Assembly: GCF_001194135.2 (NCBI RefSeq)
Contig: NC_068991.1
Location: 1,591,821-1,655,820 of the forward strand
Source of the DNA: Octopus bimaculoides
Lineage: Eukaryota
Length of the DNA: 64,000 bases
Direction of reading: 5' to 3'
The translations under genes and the position numbers were made by a program. Below the pieces are notes generated by a model, which searched no databases, had not been told where the DNA came from, and saw only the letters and a program-made list of their open reading frames with translations. This document shows positions 12,311 to 25,062 of the stretch, piece after piece; the first letter of the stretch is position 1, and every line of letters starts with the position of its first letter.

Positions 12311-14122
12311 TTACATATAAGACACAATACATGATTTCATGTGCTGCCAATGGTTTCTTATGCTGAGACCATGTCAAGGGACGTTACACTTTTACATGGT
12401 TGTAAATGGGACGAAAATGGGACGAAACATCCTCCATCTTCCAGCCTATACAGAATCTAAAGAGCACATTAATATCCGAAGAATACATGTGGGGAAATCA
12501 TTAGAATGTATGTGCAATTGACAGTAAATAAGATTTCCCAAAATGCCTTGAAGATGTGTACTTAGAGATCTATCTATTTGTACAAATATATATTCTACTA
12601 TGCCATCTCTGTCTGTCTATCTGCCGCTCTCTCTCTCTTTCCGCTTTCTCCTCCTCTTTCTTGTACATAACATATAAGCTCCTGCGTAGACCTGTATGAA
12701 AACAATGTTTATGTATGTGTATATACGCGTGTGTGCATATGTGTGTGCGAGTGTTTGCCGATGGATGTTCTCGAGTATTTATCATAATTTCCATAAAATT
12801 GAAAGAGGAAACCTTACGTGTGTTGCGCAGATTAGTTGTTTGCGTGGGAATGTGTTTGTATGTGTGGGGGTGACTGTGTGCGCTACGTTCATATACGTAT
12901 GTGAACATCTATTAAAAATGTACTTATACATACAAACATACACACGTATATAGCAAAAGAGAAAGATGTGTACGTATGACTACATGTCTGTGTTTGTGTT
13001 TGTGTGTGATAGAGTTTCTCTGTGTGTGTGTGTGTGTATGTATATGCAGGTATATATAGGTGAGTATGTGTATATATATATATATATACACATATATATA
13101 TAAAGAGAAAGAGAGAGAGAAAATGTGTGTGTGTTTGTATGTGAGTGTGTGTGTCAATGTATGTCTGATTGAATGTATATACTTTCGCATAGGCGTGTGA
13201 AAAATCTGCTAAGAGGGTACACACAGCCGCCATTTTCACAAAATGCAGAAGCGTGCTTTGCCACTGGGCAGACGTTAATTCTCAGCTTTCATGATATCTT
13301 CAGTTCAGTTCTCACGGGATTTCAGCGAGATTCTACATTGCTTATCTCCGTGACTTGCATAAAAAAGATATACTTAACGAGAGATAATTTCGTACTATTA
13401 AACAATTGACTTCGTTTACGTGACTTCTTTCCTTTCAAACTATCGCTGTCCAAGTGTCTACATGACAGGAGGTAACCGTCATCGTAACATTATAGAATTG
13501 CTCATCTTGTCTCATTTTCTCGAGTTTCAATTGGCAAATAATCAAATAATCGATATATAATTTCTGCTTTCTATTGATTCTCCTTGTTCAGCCTCAAGAT
13601 AATACGGCGTTTAAGTTCGAGACAAAAAAATAAATACGCGACCGCCTCTTTCTCCCTAATCGCAGACATATGCACACAAACACAAAACGACACACGCAAG
13701 AACACACGTATATATGCATGTATGAATGTATACATACATATATGAGTGTCAATTAGTGTGTGTGTGTGCCTATATGCACATATATATGTGTGTGTGTGTA
13801 TGTATATTTGTATGTGTGTGTGTGTCTTTAAATATATTTGCGTGTGCATGTGTCTGTGTATCGCTTATATATTGTTTTATTTAGTTATATATTTACAAGT
13901 TACTTCTCTTTCTTTCTTCATCTCCTTCAAGGTCTATTTGTGAGTTCTAGTGTAAGAATGTGGATATCTGTATATATATACATACATACATGTGTGTGTG
14001 TATATATATATATATATACATACATGTGTGTGTATATATATATACATACATGTGTGTGTATATATATATATATATATACATACACATACATACATANNNN
14101 NNNNNNACACATATTTATTATA

Positions 14123-14160
<38 letters not shown>

Positions 14161-14865
14161 ATATATATGCACATATATATATACATGTGTATTGGTTTAA
14201 CAAATAATATATTTATACGTACATACATACGTACATAAATATATACCTATATATATATATATGCATATCTATATAAGTATATATATGTATACATATGTAT
14301 ATATAGCCATTTAGATATACATATAAATATACATATATATATATATACATATATATATGCGTGTGTGTGTGTGTTATCTGTAGACACAATGAAGAACAAT
14401 AGCCTGGAAATGTATCAGTAGAATGAGAAACGACGAATACTAAGTGGAGTAAATACATCTTCAAACACCCTGACCCCGTTCTCCACCGCCACCATGCCCC
14501 AGTGACGTGTGTCTCGGCGTCTGTTTGAATTTTCAGTTAAATCTTTGCAATTTTATAGAGAAGTGCTCTACCAGTTGACACTGTAAAGTGATTAAGTTCG
14601 ATTTTGATGTCAGACATCTGTGTTCAATATTAAATCCATGTAAACATTGGCATCATACGAATATATGTATCTTTTGTGTCTCTGTGCGTGTGACCATATA
14701 CATATTTATGTATGTATATATATATATGTAGGTACATATATACATATGTAGTAATGTATACGTGTGTGTCCGTGTGTGTATGTAGAGCGTGTACTCACAC
14801 ATATATATGCATATGTATACACATATATATACATGCATATATATACACATCTATATACATAAAAA

Positions 14866-15077
14866 TGCCCCCTTTTAAAGCCTAGCCAGGCTCATGGGCC
14901 CGGTTTCCCGGTTTCAATGGCGTAGGTGTCCCCCAGCTGGGTACGACGCCAGTTCATCACATCGTTACTCATTTTTGCCAGCTGAGTGGAACTGGAGCAA
15001 CGTGAAATGAAATGTTTTGCTCAAGAACACAACGCATCGCCCGGTCCAGGAATCGAACCCAAAATCTTACGATCCTG
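14866..15077 (-). mobile_element. tRNA-derived SINE family C (head partly truncated)
   Basis: Minus strand has B-box-like gggttcgattcc and core ttgctccagttccactcagctggc. The tail ccttttaaagcctagccaggctcatggg is shared with 19601-19902. Confidence 0.8.
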
Positions 15078-15197
15078 ATATTGTTATGAATTTTCCGTTA
15101 GCTTGCTCCCTCGGTTACAACATGCATGTAACTTTTAGATGTCTTTTAAAGTAGCCGGACGATTTAGTTTCTATCTTCAGCATATCGGTTAGAATTG

Positions 15198-15231
<34 letters not shown>

Positions 15232-16113
15232 TTGTGTACATTATATATATACATACACACATTTATATATACGTACATACATAATTTGATTACAGGACCA
15301 AATCTCACTTGTACGTTTTCTTTTCCTATTCTAGGAAATGTTTCATAATTTTAAAAATGTCTTTGTTCTTTGTCTTACAACTTTGGTTGCTTATTCCATT
15401 AATGCTATAAATGGATTTGCGATATTTATTCCAGAATCAGTATCATCTTTTACCAATAGCTTCTTACCATAAAGCACATAAAACATTATTTATCCTGAAT
15501 GAGCATATTTTCGCTCGACCTCCTTGAAATAGCAACTAACTTCTCTTCAGAACGATACTATATAAATGTCTGCTGACATCCGGAAAAAGGTGTGATGTTC
15601 AATATTAGAATGCTTTGAACAACAGGACTGCTCAATCGTGTGTGATCTGGATGTAAGCAACAGTAACAGTGATATTATTAGAACGAAGTCAGTAAAACCT
15701 TATTTGGAAGCCTCTCTGTTAGCTGCTACCAATCAGAGCAAAGCACCTTTTAAATCATACTCTCTCTCTCTCGAGTTACGATAAAAACAGCGCACAAGAT
15801 AATGTAGAAAAATCAATAAAACGTGTATAGTAAACATGCCTCTGAGGGCGGAACATCCAGCGTTTCGGATAGATTCGTTCCCCAGAGAAAATTTAATTAG
15901 AAAACACATTGGGCTTCCTTCTGTCAACTTTTCCTTGAAAAAAGATTGTCCAAAACGTTACTTTTTCCATGCCCGAACCCAATCTCATTTTGCAGATGTT
16001 GCTGAATAATACGATTCTAGCCGACGCAGAACAAAAATCTCTTTGGAATATCTTTGACGTTATGTTTTCGATAGTGAAATCTCATTGTGTATTTAAATAT
16101 TCTTTTCTACTCT

Positions 16114-16314
16114 AGGCACAAGGCCCTGAATTTTGGGGGAGGGGGTCAGTCGATTAGTTCGACCCCAGTACGCAACTGGTACTTAATTTATCGGCCTCGA
16201 AAGGATGAAAAGCAAAGTCGAACTCGGCAGAATTTGAACTCAGAACGTAAGGACAGACAAAATATCGCTAAGCATTTCGCCCAGCGTGCTAACGTTTCTG
16301 CCAGCTCGCCGCCT
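16114..16314 (-). mobile_element. tRNA-derived SINE family A, near full-length copy
   Basis: Minus strand starts aggcggcgagctggcagaaacgttagcacg (A-box-like) and contains gagttcaaattctgcc (B-box-like). At least 6 further copies in the window. Confidence 0.9.
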
Positions 16315-17617
16315 TATGTGCATTTAAATATCAGAATACAATGCTCACAGGTGGAGCGTCTTCGTTTCTATTTCTATCGTATCTGCACTGACATGAGGAT
16401 AATTGTATCGTCTTATATAAGATGGGATGGTCACCATTGTAATGTCATTGATCAAATGAGATCTTTTTGATCAATATGAATTAAGGTTAAACAACAACTA
16501 CAAACAGCGGAGCGTTTACTTAGTTGTTTGACGTGCTACAAACAGTAGCTAAATCTCCTTCAAACAGCTTAACGTCGTAAGACAAGGGACACAAGAAATC
16601 ATGTAATCATAGACTTAAAGAACAGTTGGGATGATCATTGCCGGAACGTCTTTTTTTTTATATTAGAGAGATAAGATGAAATACATGCGTAGATAAGTGA
16701 GTGAAAGGTAGCGACATCAATGCTCAGAGCCCTGCTCAATAAAAAATAGACCTGGTGTCTAGCAACAATAGCGACATCAACGTTGAAGTTCCTGTCTTTG
16801 AACCTCATTTAAAAAACATCTTTCTTTTTTTCCAGCATCACAGATTAACCTACTTGTGGTCCACTTAGCAGATTTAAGCTTCAAAATTTAATCTCTTAAG
16901 ACGACTCAATGGCTTATTGAAAACTATAGCTTCAAGAATTAAGTCTCAACTGTAACTATATCCTCTTATATGGCATCAAAGAAAAGGATGAGGGCAGTTT
17001 TATGTCAAAGTTGCTAAATGTTTGATATGAACGACAGAGAACATAAAAAGGCTTCTCTCTTTCTCTTATCTGTAATAACTACTTTCAGTTTCATGGCCAT
17101 ATCTTCCGTATCTCTATGGACTTAGCTTTTATTTGTATATAATTCAATTTTCACTCATCTCTCTCTCTCTCTCTCTCTCTCTACCTCAGCTATCTTATGA
17201 ATGTATGACTCTGAAATTTTAGCCTATATCATCTTTTACACACAGTCTGTGCATCTATTTCCGCTTTCCCCTCATATCACTCTATCCATTTCAAATTGTG
17301 TCAACCCTATCATCTTTGTATGTATCTCAACTTCCATACACTTCTTCTGCATTCATTTGGACACAGCTCCATTATTTAGGTCTCTTTTCATTTCTCCCTT
17401 ATCTCTCTCTTTCCCTGATCCCTGTACCTGCCTTAACGTTCACTTTCCTATCTACATATCTGTTCCAACGTAATTCTCTCATAGCTCTTTCCACTCTTCA
17501 TACGCATTGTATTTGTTATCGCTCGAAGTCTCTCAGTCTTTACCACTCTATCTGGCCATTTCTGCTAATTTTCGGTCTCGAATTTATGTACCTATCGCAA
17601 CTTTTACACTGCTCTCT

Positions 17618-17652
<35 letters not shown>

Positions 17653-18334
17653 CTCATTCTTATGTTTGTGTCTATCTCAGTTTTAATCGTCTTCTGTTTG
17701 CTCAACAGCTATCAATCCTCAATACGTTACATGCGGCTTAAAAAAAAAAGAAACAACAAACAATCCCTGCTTTTCAATTGAAATAAATGTATTCATGCAG
17801 AACGGGAAAGCGAAATAAGTGATCTGTGTAAATCTGCTGCTAATATTCTGCAATTCGGACAGAAAACTAACTTCGACAGGCGCACTCGACGTCTTGAATG
17901 TTTTATATTTTTAATAAAGTAGATTAGTAGCATATTATCAAGAAACGCCAGTTGTTATTTTCAAAGTTTCTGCTGCTGCTGCTGTTGTTGTTGTTGTTTT
18001 CGTTGCATGAACGCATTTCAGATTATTTGTTGTTGTTGTTGTTGTTACATTCGTTGTTGTGGTTTAGTCCTACAGAGTCATCACCGAACATTTCTAGGTC
18101 TGTGATGTTGTTATTATTATTTAGCCTTAAGTTAACCTTGAACGTGCAATCTTACTATATATAGGCTTCCCATCCGTGATCATCACATCTACTATAATCA
18201 TAATGTAATTGGCGATTATCCTCAAAACAGTGCGTTCCGGTCGTCTTCAAGGCCTGGATCGCTCTAATGCTCAACGGTATATGCTTGGTAATTAGACTAA
18301 ATGGTCACCTAGCGATAACCATTTAGTCTCACCA

Positions 18335-18780
18335 TTTCAGCTGTAGTGTTGGTATATTGTTCAGTGGATATAACTACTTAGTCATGTCTTTATATATATT
18401 CAGATTCGGCAAGGGAAAGCCAGAAATGATATGTTCAATTGTTTCATTGTGCTGGTTGTACATTCTGCATTTGGTGTTGCGGCCCGATTTAATTGCTTTT
18501 ATAGTTGTTTGTGTTCAGGCGTTGGTCTTGTGCAACGAGAATCAGCCCTTCCGTTTCTTCTTTTAATCCAGAGTTTTTGAGCCATTGTTGGATTTTACTT
18601 CGGCTCACCTCTCCGTCAGACCTGGCAATCTATTGGCCTTGGAGTGATCTTGCTCTCCATTTCTTCTTTAGTATGTTTTTTGAGTTGTTTTCATGTTTGT
18701 GTCTTTGACCATTTCTGTTATGTTGTCATCTGAGACCAGTGTATCAGTGTGGTCTGTTTTTGATTTGTATTTCCTCGCAG
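18335..18780 (-). mobile_element. R4/Dong-like (restriction-like endonuclease clade) LINE ORF fragment
   Basis: Minus strand reads QWLKNSGLKEETEGLILVAQDQRLNTNNY...NTKCRMYNQHNETIEHIISGFP...YIH*TIYQHY. This matches the post-RT/zinc-knuckle region WL..SGLK.ETEG.I.AAQDQ.L.T.NY...KCR.C....ETI.HIISGCP.LA. Confidence 0.82.
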
Positions 18781-18853
18781 GGAATTCATTGATGCACGTC
18801 CATCATGTTCGTTACTCGCTGTGGATCTCATTATTCTTCTTTTCTCGTTGTAG

Positions 18854-19178
18854 GAAACAAATCCAAAAGCAAGGCTAGAAATGAACCATCACAGCGGAAG
18901 CAAGATTCTTCATCAACTACTGAACTGACAAATGCCAGTTCCAACAGCATAAATGATAGTTATTCTTCCGAAAATCGGACTCATCACAGTACAAGCCGCA
19001 GCGTCAGTTTCCAGATCACTGAAAGCTTGTCAATCCAACAAGTCCAACACGAACGCAGTCTGCAAAACAAGAAAAGGGTTATAAAGATGCTGTTTGTTGT
19101 TGTCTTGGAATTCTTCATATGTTGGACACCATTGTTTACCATTATGACTTGGGAATACTTAGATCGCCGAACTTTAAG
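18854..19178 (+). CDS. CCKAR-like: Internal coding exon of a cholecystokinin/gastrin/sulfakinin-type rhodopsin-class GPCR (ICL3, TM6, start of ECL3)
   Basis: Acceptor ttcttctttttctcgttgtag|GA at 18852-53, donor AG|gtatta at 19179. Reads (G)NKSKSKARNEPSQ...HERSLQNKKRVIKMLFVVVLEFFICWTPLFTIMTWEYLDRRTL. KKRVIKML..V.LEFFICWTP is the TM6 signature I recognise from CCK/sulfakinin receptors. Enters in phase 1 and exits in phase 2. The assignment is family-level; A-type versus B-type orthology cannot be resolved from this. Confidence 0.93.
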
Positions 19179-19600
19179 GTATTATTCACATTTTTAAACT
19201 AATTTCTTCCAAAGCATGTCCTTCACTACTAGGCATCTTGTTAAAACATACCAAGCAGTGTTTCTGTATTATTGTCTTGTGTTTAGCATTCTTAACTTTC
19301 ACCCAGTCGGTCCAGTTTCGAGTCGAGATATAGGTACGTATGCATTTTCGCGCCTCTGTTACAGCAAATACCTGTTGGATCAATGTAGCAGAAATAACAG
19401 CTAAATCTTTCTCAAACTATACCCGACCGCCTTAAAATAAAATCCATTGCATTTTATTAGACCCATGGTTGACTGTTCCTGGAAGCAAAAGGTTGTGATG
19501 CTCACGACTGGATTTTCTTTGACCATAGACCAATTCAAACAGGGTAGATAAAGCAAGGATACTAGAAATAATTCTTAATCTCAATTTGTTTTCCTTTATG

Positions 19601-19902
19601 CGCCCTTTTAAAGCCTAGCCAGGCTCATGGGTCCGGTTTCCCAGTTTCTATGGCGCATGTCTTCCCCCAGCTGGACGAGATGCTAGTCCATCGCAGCGTT
19701 ACCCAAGAAATAGGAAGAAAGAGTGCGAGAAAGTTGGGCGAAAGAGTACAACAGGAGTCGCTACCACCCCACTGCCGGAGCCTCGTGGAGCTTTTAGGTG
19801 TTTTCGGTCAATAAACACTCACAACGCCCGGTCTGGGAATCGAAACCGCGATCCCCCAACCGCGAGTCCGCTGTCCTAACCACTGGGCCATTGCGCCTCC
19901 AC
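19601..19902 (-). mobile_element. tRNA-derived SINE family C variant, full head
   Basis: Minus strand gtggaggcgcaatggcccagtggttaggacagcggactcgcgg...ggtttcgattcccagacc gives a tRNA-like A/B-box head; the tail is shared with 14866-15077. Confidence 0.85.
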
Positions 19903-21496
19903 TTAATTCTTAATTACTATCCTTAATATTATTATCATACAGGTTATCGACTGTTTCAATTTTTTGTGTATTCTGTAATATTTTTGTCCTTTTATGAAGG
20001 TCTTAATATTTTACTGGTTTTAATATTTGCCATGCTAGAGTACCCTTTCAAGGGATATTTAACCAGTCATATTCGATCGCAGTACATATTTTATCGATCT
20101 TTGTCGAGTATGTATATATAGAATAGAAACTTCTCATGTTGACCGTCCGTCTCTTCGTGACTTCAATGAATACATATGGAAATATAAAGTACTTCACACA
20201 CATTTGATTCTCTATTCTCTCAATACATTCTGTTCATGACAATCGTTCACGATATTCTTTTTATAATCACAATTCTATTATATATTTGTATATTATCATT
20301 TATCTCGTTAAAAAAATTCTGTGTTTTGTTCCTTTACGTCACACTCATGTCATAAATTCTCTTTCTCTTAGATATTCCACCATTTTCTTCAATAAAGCTA
20401 GATTTCAAATACAAGAAACCATTTCCTTGCCATACTAAATCGAATGGTCTACTTTGTCCAAGCTTTTCATGAGTAATATGCTATCCTATTTAAAATAGAT
20501 AAGATGGATTTTGAAGAACCGAGCTTAAAATGGAAACCTTATATAGGTTCGTATTAGGAGTTTATTTTCAGAATGAAAGCAGTTGATATACTTTTCTGTG
20601 GATCTCGTACGGATTCTTTTTGAAAGTGTTTAAATATTTGAAGCAATTTAGCTACAAATTCAAGATATAAAATTAGTTCTTGTACGAAATTAGAAATAAA
20701 AATTACCACAACTGAAAGCGCTGCTGCTGCTGTTGACTTCTGCTAAGTTGGTTCTGTGAGATCCAAGCCTTACGATCACATTCTTTCTGTCCGCGACCAT
20801 CACTCTTTCTGTTTAGCTAGGACTACAATGTTTCATATGTCCTTCATTTTCTTTTTAAGATTATCGAATCCTAGACTACAATATGTTAAAAAAAATATGT
20901 CGTGCGTTTTTTCAAGAAGTAGTGTATAATTTGGCTGCTATTTCTAGTAATCTGAACCAATGGGTATTGCGTTCTTCCATTTAGAAAGTAAGATTTATTT
21001 TACAATAGCAGAAGTTTACTCTTTTGTATGAGGAGAAACAAAAAGTAGAGGTTTTAAGGAAAAACAACTTTGAAGTTGCTTCAAATCTCGTCTCGCAACC
21101 ACATGACATTGATATTTATGTGTTTCAGTCATTAACAAATTTTTATGAAACATATTTCTTTTGTTAAGAATTGTAAACACGCGAAACAAAATGCTGAACA
21201 ACATTTCATCTGCTTTTATGATCTTAGTTCAAATTCCGACGAAGAATTGATCAAAATAATCGATATATCCACTCCTCTCGAACATGAAACCAATATCACT
21301 GATTTCTTTATTAGCAAAAAGTATATCTCATTTAGATAATTAATACGTTTATGCTTTCGACAAAGTCCCTTCAAATATAAACTAAAATTTGATAAAACTT
21401 AGGATATGAGTACACCAAAATTTTCCCAGAACATGCCAAACATAATAGCATCAACTTAGACGATTTAAATTCGAGTATCGCAAAATCATAACTTAT

Positions 21497-21763
21497 TTAA
21501 GTGATAGGTTGTTGTTGATGAGATGTATTCAGATATAATGGCTTGTCACGTAACACCTGAAGAAATTTGTCCCGATATCGTTTCAAGATATTTTCATTGA
21601 TTTCTTTTCGGACACTTAAGTATAGTAGGGTCCGTTGAGGAGAATTATTATGTGGCAATGTGTTTATATGTTGTGAGCCTGAATTGTATAGAGGATGGGA
21701 TGTACAGAGCGGAAATACAGCCTTGCAGGAAGTATAGATTTTATGAGAAGGTGGTTTCTGCAA
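21497..21763 (-). mobile_element. Decayed CR1/L2-like LINE ORF2 C-terminus
   Basis: GSQHINTLPH...ILKRYRDKFLQVLRDKP resembles the terminal GPxLFNxLP...FKxxLDKFL..IPD.P of CR1-group LINEs. Highly diverged. Confidence 0.4.
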
Positions 21764-22371
21764 TGATGATGGTTATTCTTCACATTGGCAAAATGATCAT
21801 CTCTCATAACAACGTTTGAGAGAATTTACTTTTAATATTTTAATGTGGTCCCAATAATCAATATCAATCAGCCATACCATATTATTTTTATCAAGCTATA
21901 ATATTTAAGTTTACTCTCGTTTCGTGGGAGATATTGTAATCTTTATGCTGGAACTAATACCAAAACAATGGTTTTAGATGTGTTTACTGCAGCTGATGCT
22001 ATTCTTTTCCAGTGCCATTGACGACTTCTTGAAGAACTAATCTTCTTTCTCGTTCAGTGTTGTTTCACTCTCAACAACGCAGCAAGAGAGGCGATGGCGA
22101 AACGTACAGAGCGGTTTTAAAAGAGAATCTGGCGAGCGATGGAAAAGAAAAAATCTATGCAGCCAATTGACCTACTAGAAATAGCAACCAAATCAAATAC
22201 TACTCTCTTGAAAAAGGATTAGCACAGATTAGATAATCCTAACAGGCAGAGATTAGAACAGCTGAATTACCGTTCCATCAAAACAAGACACAGTAATGTC
22301 GAGGAGTTTTATGAGGATGACTGAGCTCCAAATATGACCATCTCAACTTTACAGAACATTAAGATCTTTAA

Positions 22372-22597
22372 CTTTTATCTTTTGTCTTTGTTTCACTCAT
22401 TTGAGGCGACCATGCTGGAGCACTGCGTTGGAGTATTTTTTGGTCGAATGAATTGACTCCAGTATTCATTATTTTCTTTTAAATCCCGGTACTCATTCTG
22501 TTGGTCTCTTTTTGCTGACCCACTAAGTTACAGGGACATAAACATACCAGCACAGGTTGTCAAGGGGTGGTGGGAGACAAATACATACGGAAAGATG

Positions 22598-22633
<36 letters not shown>

Positions 22634-22823
22634 TATATTTATATGTGTGTGTTATGAGTGTACAAAGGGCTTCTTGACCTTTCCGTTGACCAAATTCACT
22701 CACAAGACATTGGTCGGCTCAAGACTATAGTAAAAGACGATCTTGCTTAAGGTGCTGCGCTGAAAGACTGAACCTGGAGCCATGCGGTTGGGAAGCAAGC
22801 ATTTTACCACACAGCCGCGCTTG
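22372..22823 (-). mobile_element. tRNA-derived SINE family B with internal microsatellite, full-length
   Basis: Minus-strand head gcaagcgcggctgtgtggtaaaatgcttgcttcccaaccgcatggctccaggttcagtc...cacc ttaagcaag, then gtgagtgaatttggtcaacggaaag, an internal (TG)n tract, and tail ttgacaacc...cagtgctccagcatggtcgc. Confidence 0.88.
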
Positions 22824-23049
22824 CAATATGATTTACGAACCGAATTCACATACAATACATTGTTTTTTTTTCTTCTTTTCGCTCATTTGACATATTTGAA
22901 GACAGTTTCAGCTTCATTAACTTAAATTTCATTAATTACCAATTATCTGGAAATTAACCAAATTAATTCATGTCTCCTCACGTTCGTAATGTTATCCCAC
23001 AATCTCCACGCAGTTTGCGAAAAAAAACATCTCATTTTTTTATTAGGGT

Positions 23050-23480
23050 GTTTGCTTCAGTTATTGGTCTACGCCCATACTGGAGCACAGCCTCGAGAGC
23101 ATTCGTCAAAGAAATTGAGCCCAGGACTTATTTCCCGTCTGGTGCTTATCCTATCAGCTTCTTTATTTCCGAACATCAAAGTTAAGTCCCGTTAACATAG
23201 CGGTTCGACAATAAAGATATCGATTGTCAAGCGGAGTGGCGACAAACTCAAGCATGTACACATACATACGTATTTATGAGCATGTTCTTGTGTTTGTGCA
23301 TGTCTATATAAATATATGTATACAAGAAAATTCAACACAGTTTCCCTCCACTAAATTTGCTCACAAATCATTGGTCAGACTGGAGCTATAGTGGAAGACA
23401 TGACCAAGGTGTCATCCAGAGCACTGGGCCTGGAACCACACTGATGCGAAGTGGGTGTAGCTTGAAACCATAACCGACCC
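23050..23480 (-). mobile_element. SINE family B, diverged second copy in the same orientation
   Basis: Colinear with 22372-22823 (ctggagcac, gattgtcaagcg, ctcacaaatcattggtcag, ggagctatagtggaagaca, ctggaacca). Confidence 0.75.
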
Positions 23481-23724
23481 CTATATATGTATAAGTTATA
23501 CGTATAACCTATTTAATCTAGCATCAGTATTAAGGACTTTGTCTGTAATTATTCGATCATTTACCTTACGCCTAATGTATATGCACGTGTGTTTGTGTGT
23601 GTATTTTCATATGTGTATATTTGTATATGCCTGTTTCAGGGTATTGACTGTGTATAGTACTCATTAGAATGGATTATTGCTATTGTTTAATTCCATATTA
23701 TCATATTTCTTCTTCTATTTCCAG

Positions 23725-23923
23725 CCGCCACCTCAGTGGTATGGCAAAATCGTACATCCAACTGTTGGCCTACACCTCTTCTTGTTGCAATCCAATCACC
23801 TACTGCTTCATGAACAGCCGTTTCCGTCAGAGTTTCATATCAGCTTTCCAGTGCCGTTACATACGGGTCCATAATTATAAGTCTAGAACGTCTATGGGTC
23901 TAGACGTTTCCACCACGTGTTGA
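23725..23923 (+). CDS. CCKAR-like: Terminal coding exon of the same CCK-type GPCR (ECL3, TM7 with NPxxY, helix 8, C-tail, stop)
   Basis: Acceptor tttcttcttctatttccag|C at 23723-24. The first base completes AG+C=Ser from the upstream exon (phase 2 matches). Reads RHLSGMAKSYIQLLAYTSSCCNPITYCFMNSRFRQSFISAFQCRYIRVHNYKSRTSMGLDVSTTC-stop (TGA 23921-23). LLAYxSSCCNPITYCFMNxRFRQ is typical of CCK-receptor TM7. Confidence 0.94.
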
Positions 23924-24139
23924 TATGGGATTGTATGAAAGAGAAACATCGAGGGAAACACACCGAGGGGAGAAAATTAAAAAAGAAAAATATCAACGTG
24001 GATTCAGACGGATGACCTGATGAACAGCCAAAAATCTCGAATTGTTGGAAGCGAAAAAAAGAGAGAGATGAAGGAAAAACGAAATATTTGCCGACAGCGG
24101 CATCTACATCAATATCTCATTCATACAGAAAAGAACAAC

Positions 24140-24369
24140 GAGACATACATTATATATATATATATACATGAATACATATGCATATATATATATACATACA
24201 TGCATATATGCACACACACACGCACATATACATGCACACATACATACACACATATACATATATGCATGCATTGATGCATACATAGATATTCCACATGCAT
24301 ATATGCATGCATTGATGCATACATAGATATTCCACATGCATATATGTATGCATCAATACACACATACAA

Positions 24370-24422
<53 letters not shown>

Positions 24423-24526
24423 CACGTATATATATATATATGTATATATATCGGCATGCGTATATATGTATATATATATATACTTAGGTATATCGGCATG
24501 CATGTATGTATATATATATATATATG

Positions 24527-24570
<44 letters not shown>
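24140..24570. repeat. Compound (TA)/(CA) microsatellite with a 41-bp tandem duplication, downstream of the receptor stop codon
   Basis: tatgcatgcattgatgcatacatagatattccacatgcata occurs twice at ~24261-24342. Confidence 0.9.
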
Positions 24571-24573
<3 letters not shown>

Positions 24574-25028
24574 TATGTCTCGGAATATCGTATCTCTAAA
24601 ACATTGTCTCTCTGGTAGTCAGATATCATAAGACGTTTATCGTTACATGATGCGCTTGTCAACCGATTGCAAAGATAATCACCAATGCGCGCTGTAAGCG
24701 TTTATAAAGTAACGTCGACGAACGCAACATGTTAGTATAGAACACCTGTATGAACATCTGATCTCCACAAACATCTGACAACCACAATGTTTCTCAAGAC
24801 TAACTACATTTCATCTATATTTATCCCCATGTGGGGCTTTGTTATATTTTCAAGTGTCTCCTTTTATTAGTTGTTTTAATATGTATCATTCTCCACATCG
24901 TCGCTCTAAATCTGTTTCCTTTCAACTACAATTTCAGTGAACCTTCTCACTAACGGTTTAGCATTAAATTATTTTTGTTAAATATGAACTATTTCACCAT
25001 GTGTGTGTACATGGGTGTTGGCGCAAGC

Positions 25029-25062
<34 letters not shown>

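Larger units (their letters stand above)
19179..23724 (+). other. Phase-2 GT-AG intron (4546 bp) of the CCK-type receptor gene
   Basis: GT at 19179, AG at 23723-24 after a pyrimidine tract. Splicing restores a continuous TM6-ECL3-TM7 frame; the unspliced frame stops at 19197. Confidence 0.88.

Noticed and set aside
15860-16060. Minus-strand IFFQGKVDRRKP, reminiscent of an RTE C-terminus
   Set aside because: Single short motif with stops on either side.
18294-18329. 12-bp perfect inverted repeat agactaaatggt/accatttagtct with a 12-nt loop
   Set aside because: Short and AT-rich, in a repeat-dense region; expected by chance or TE-derived.
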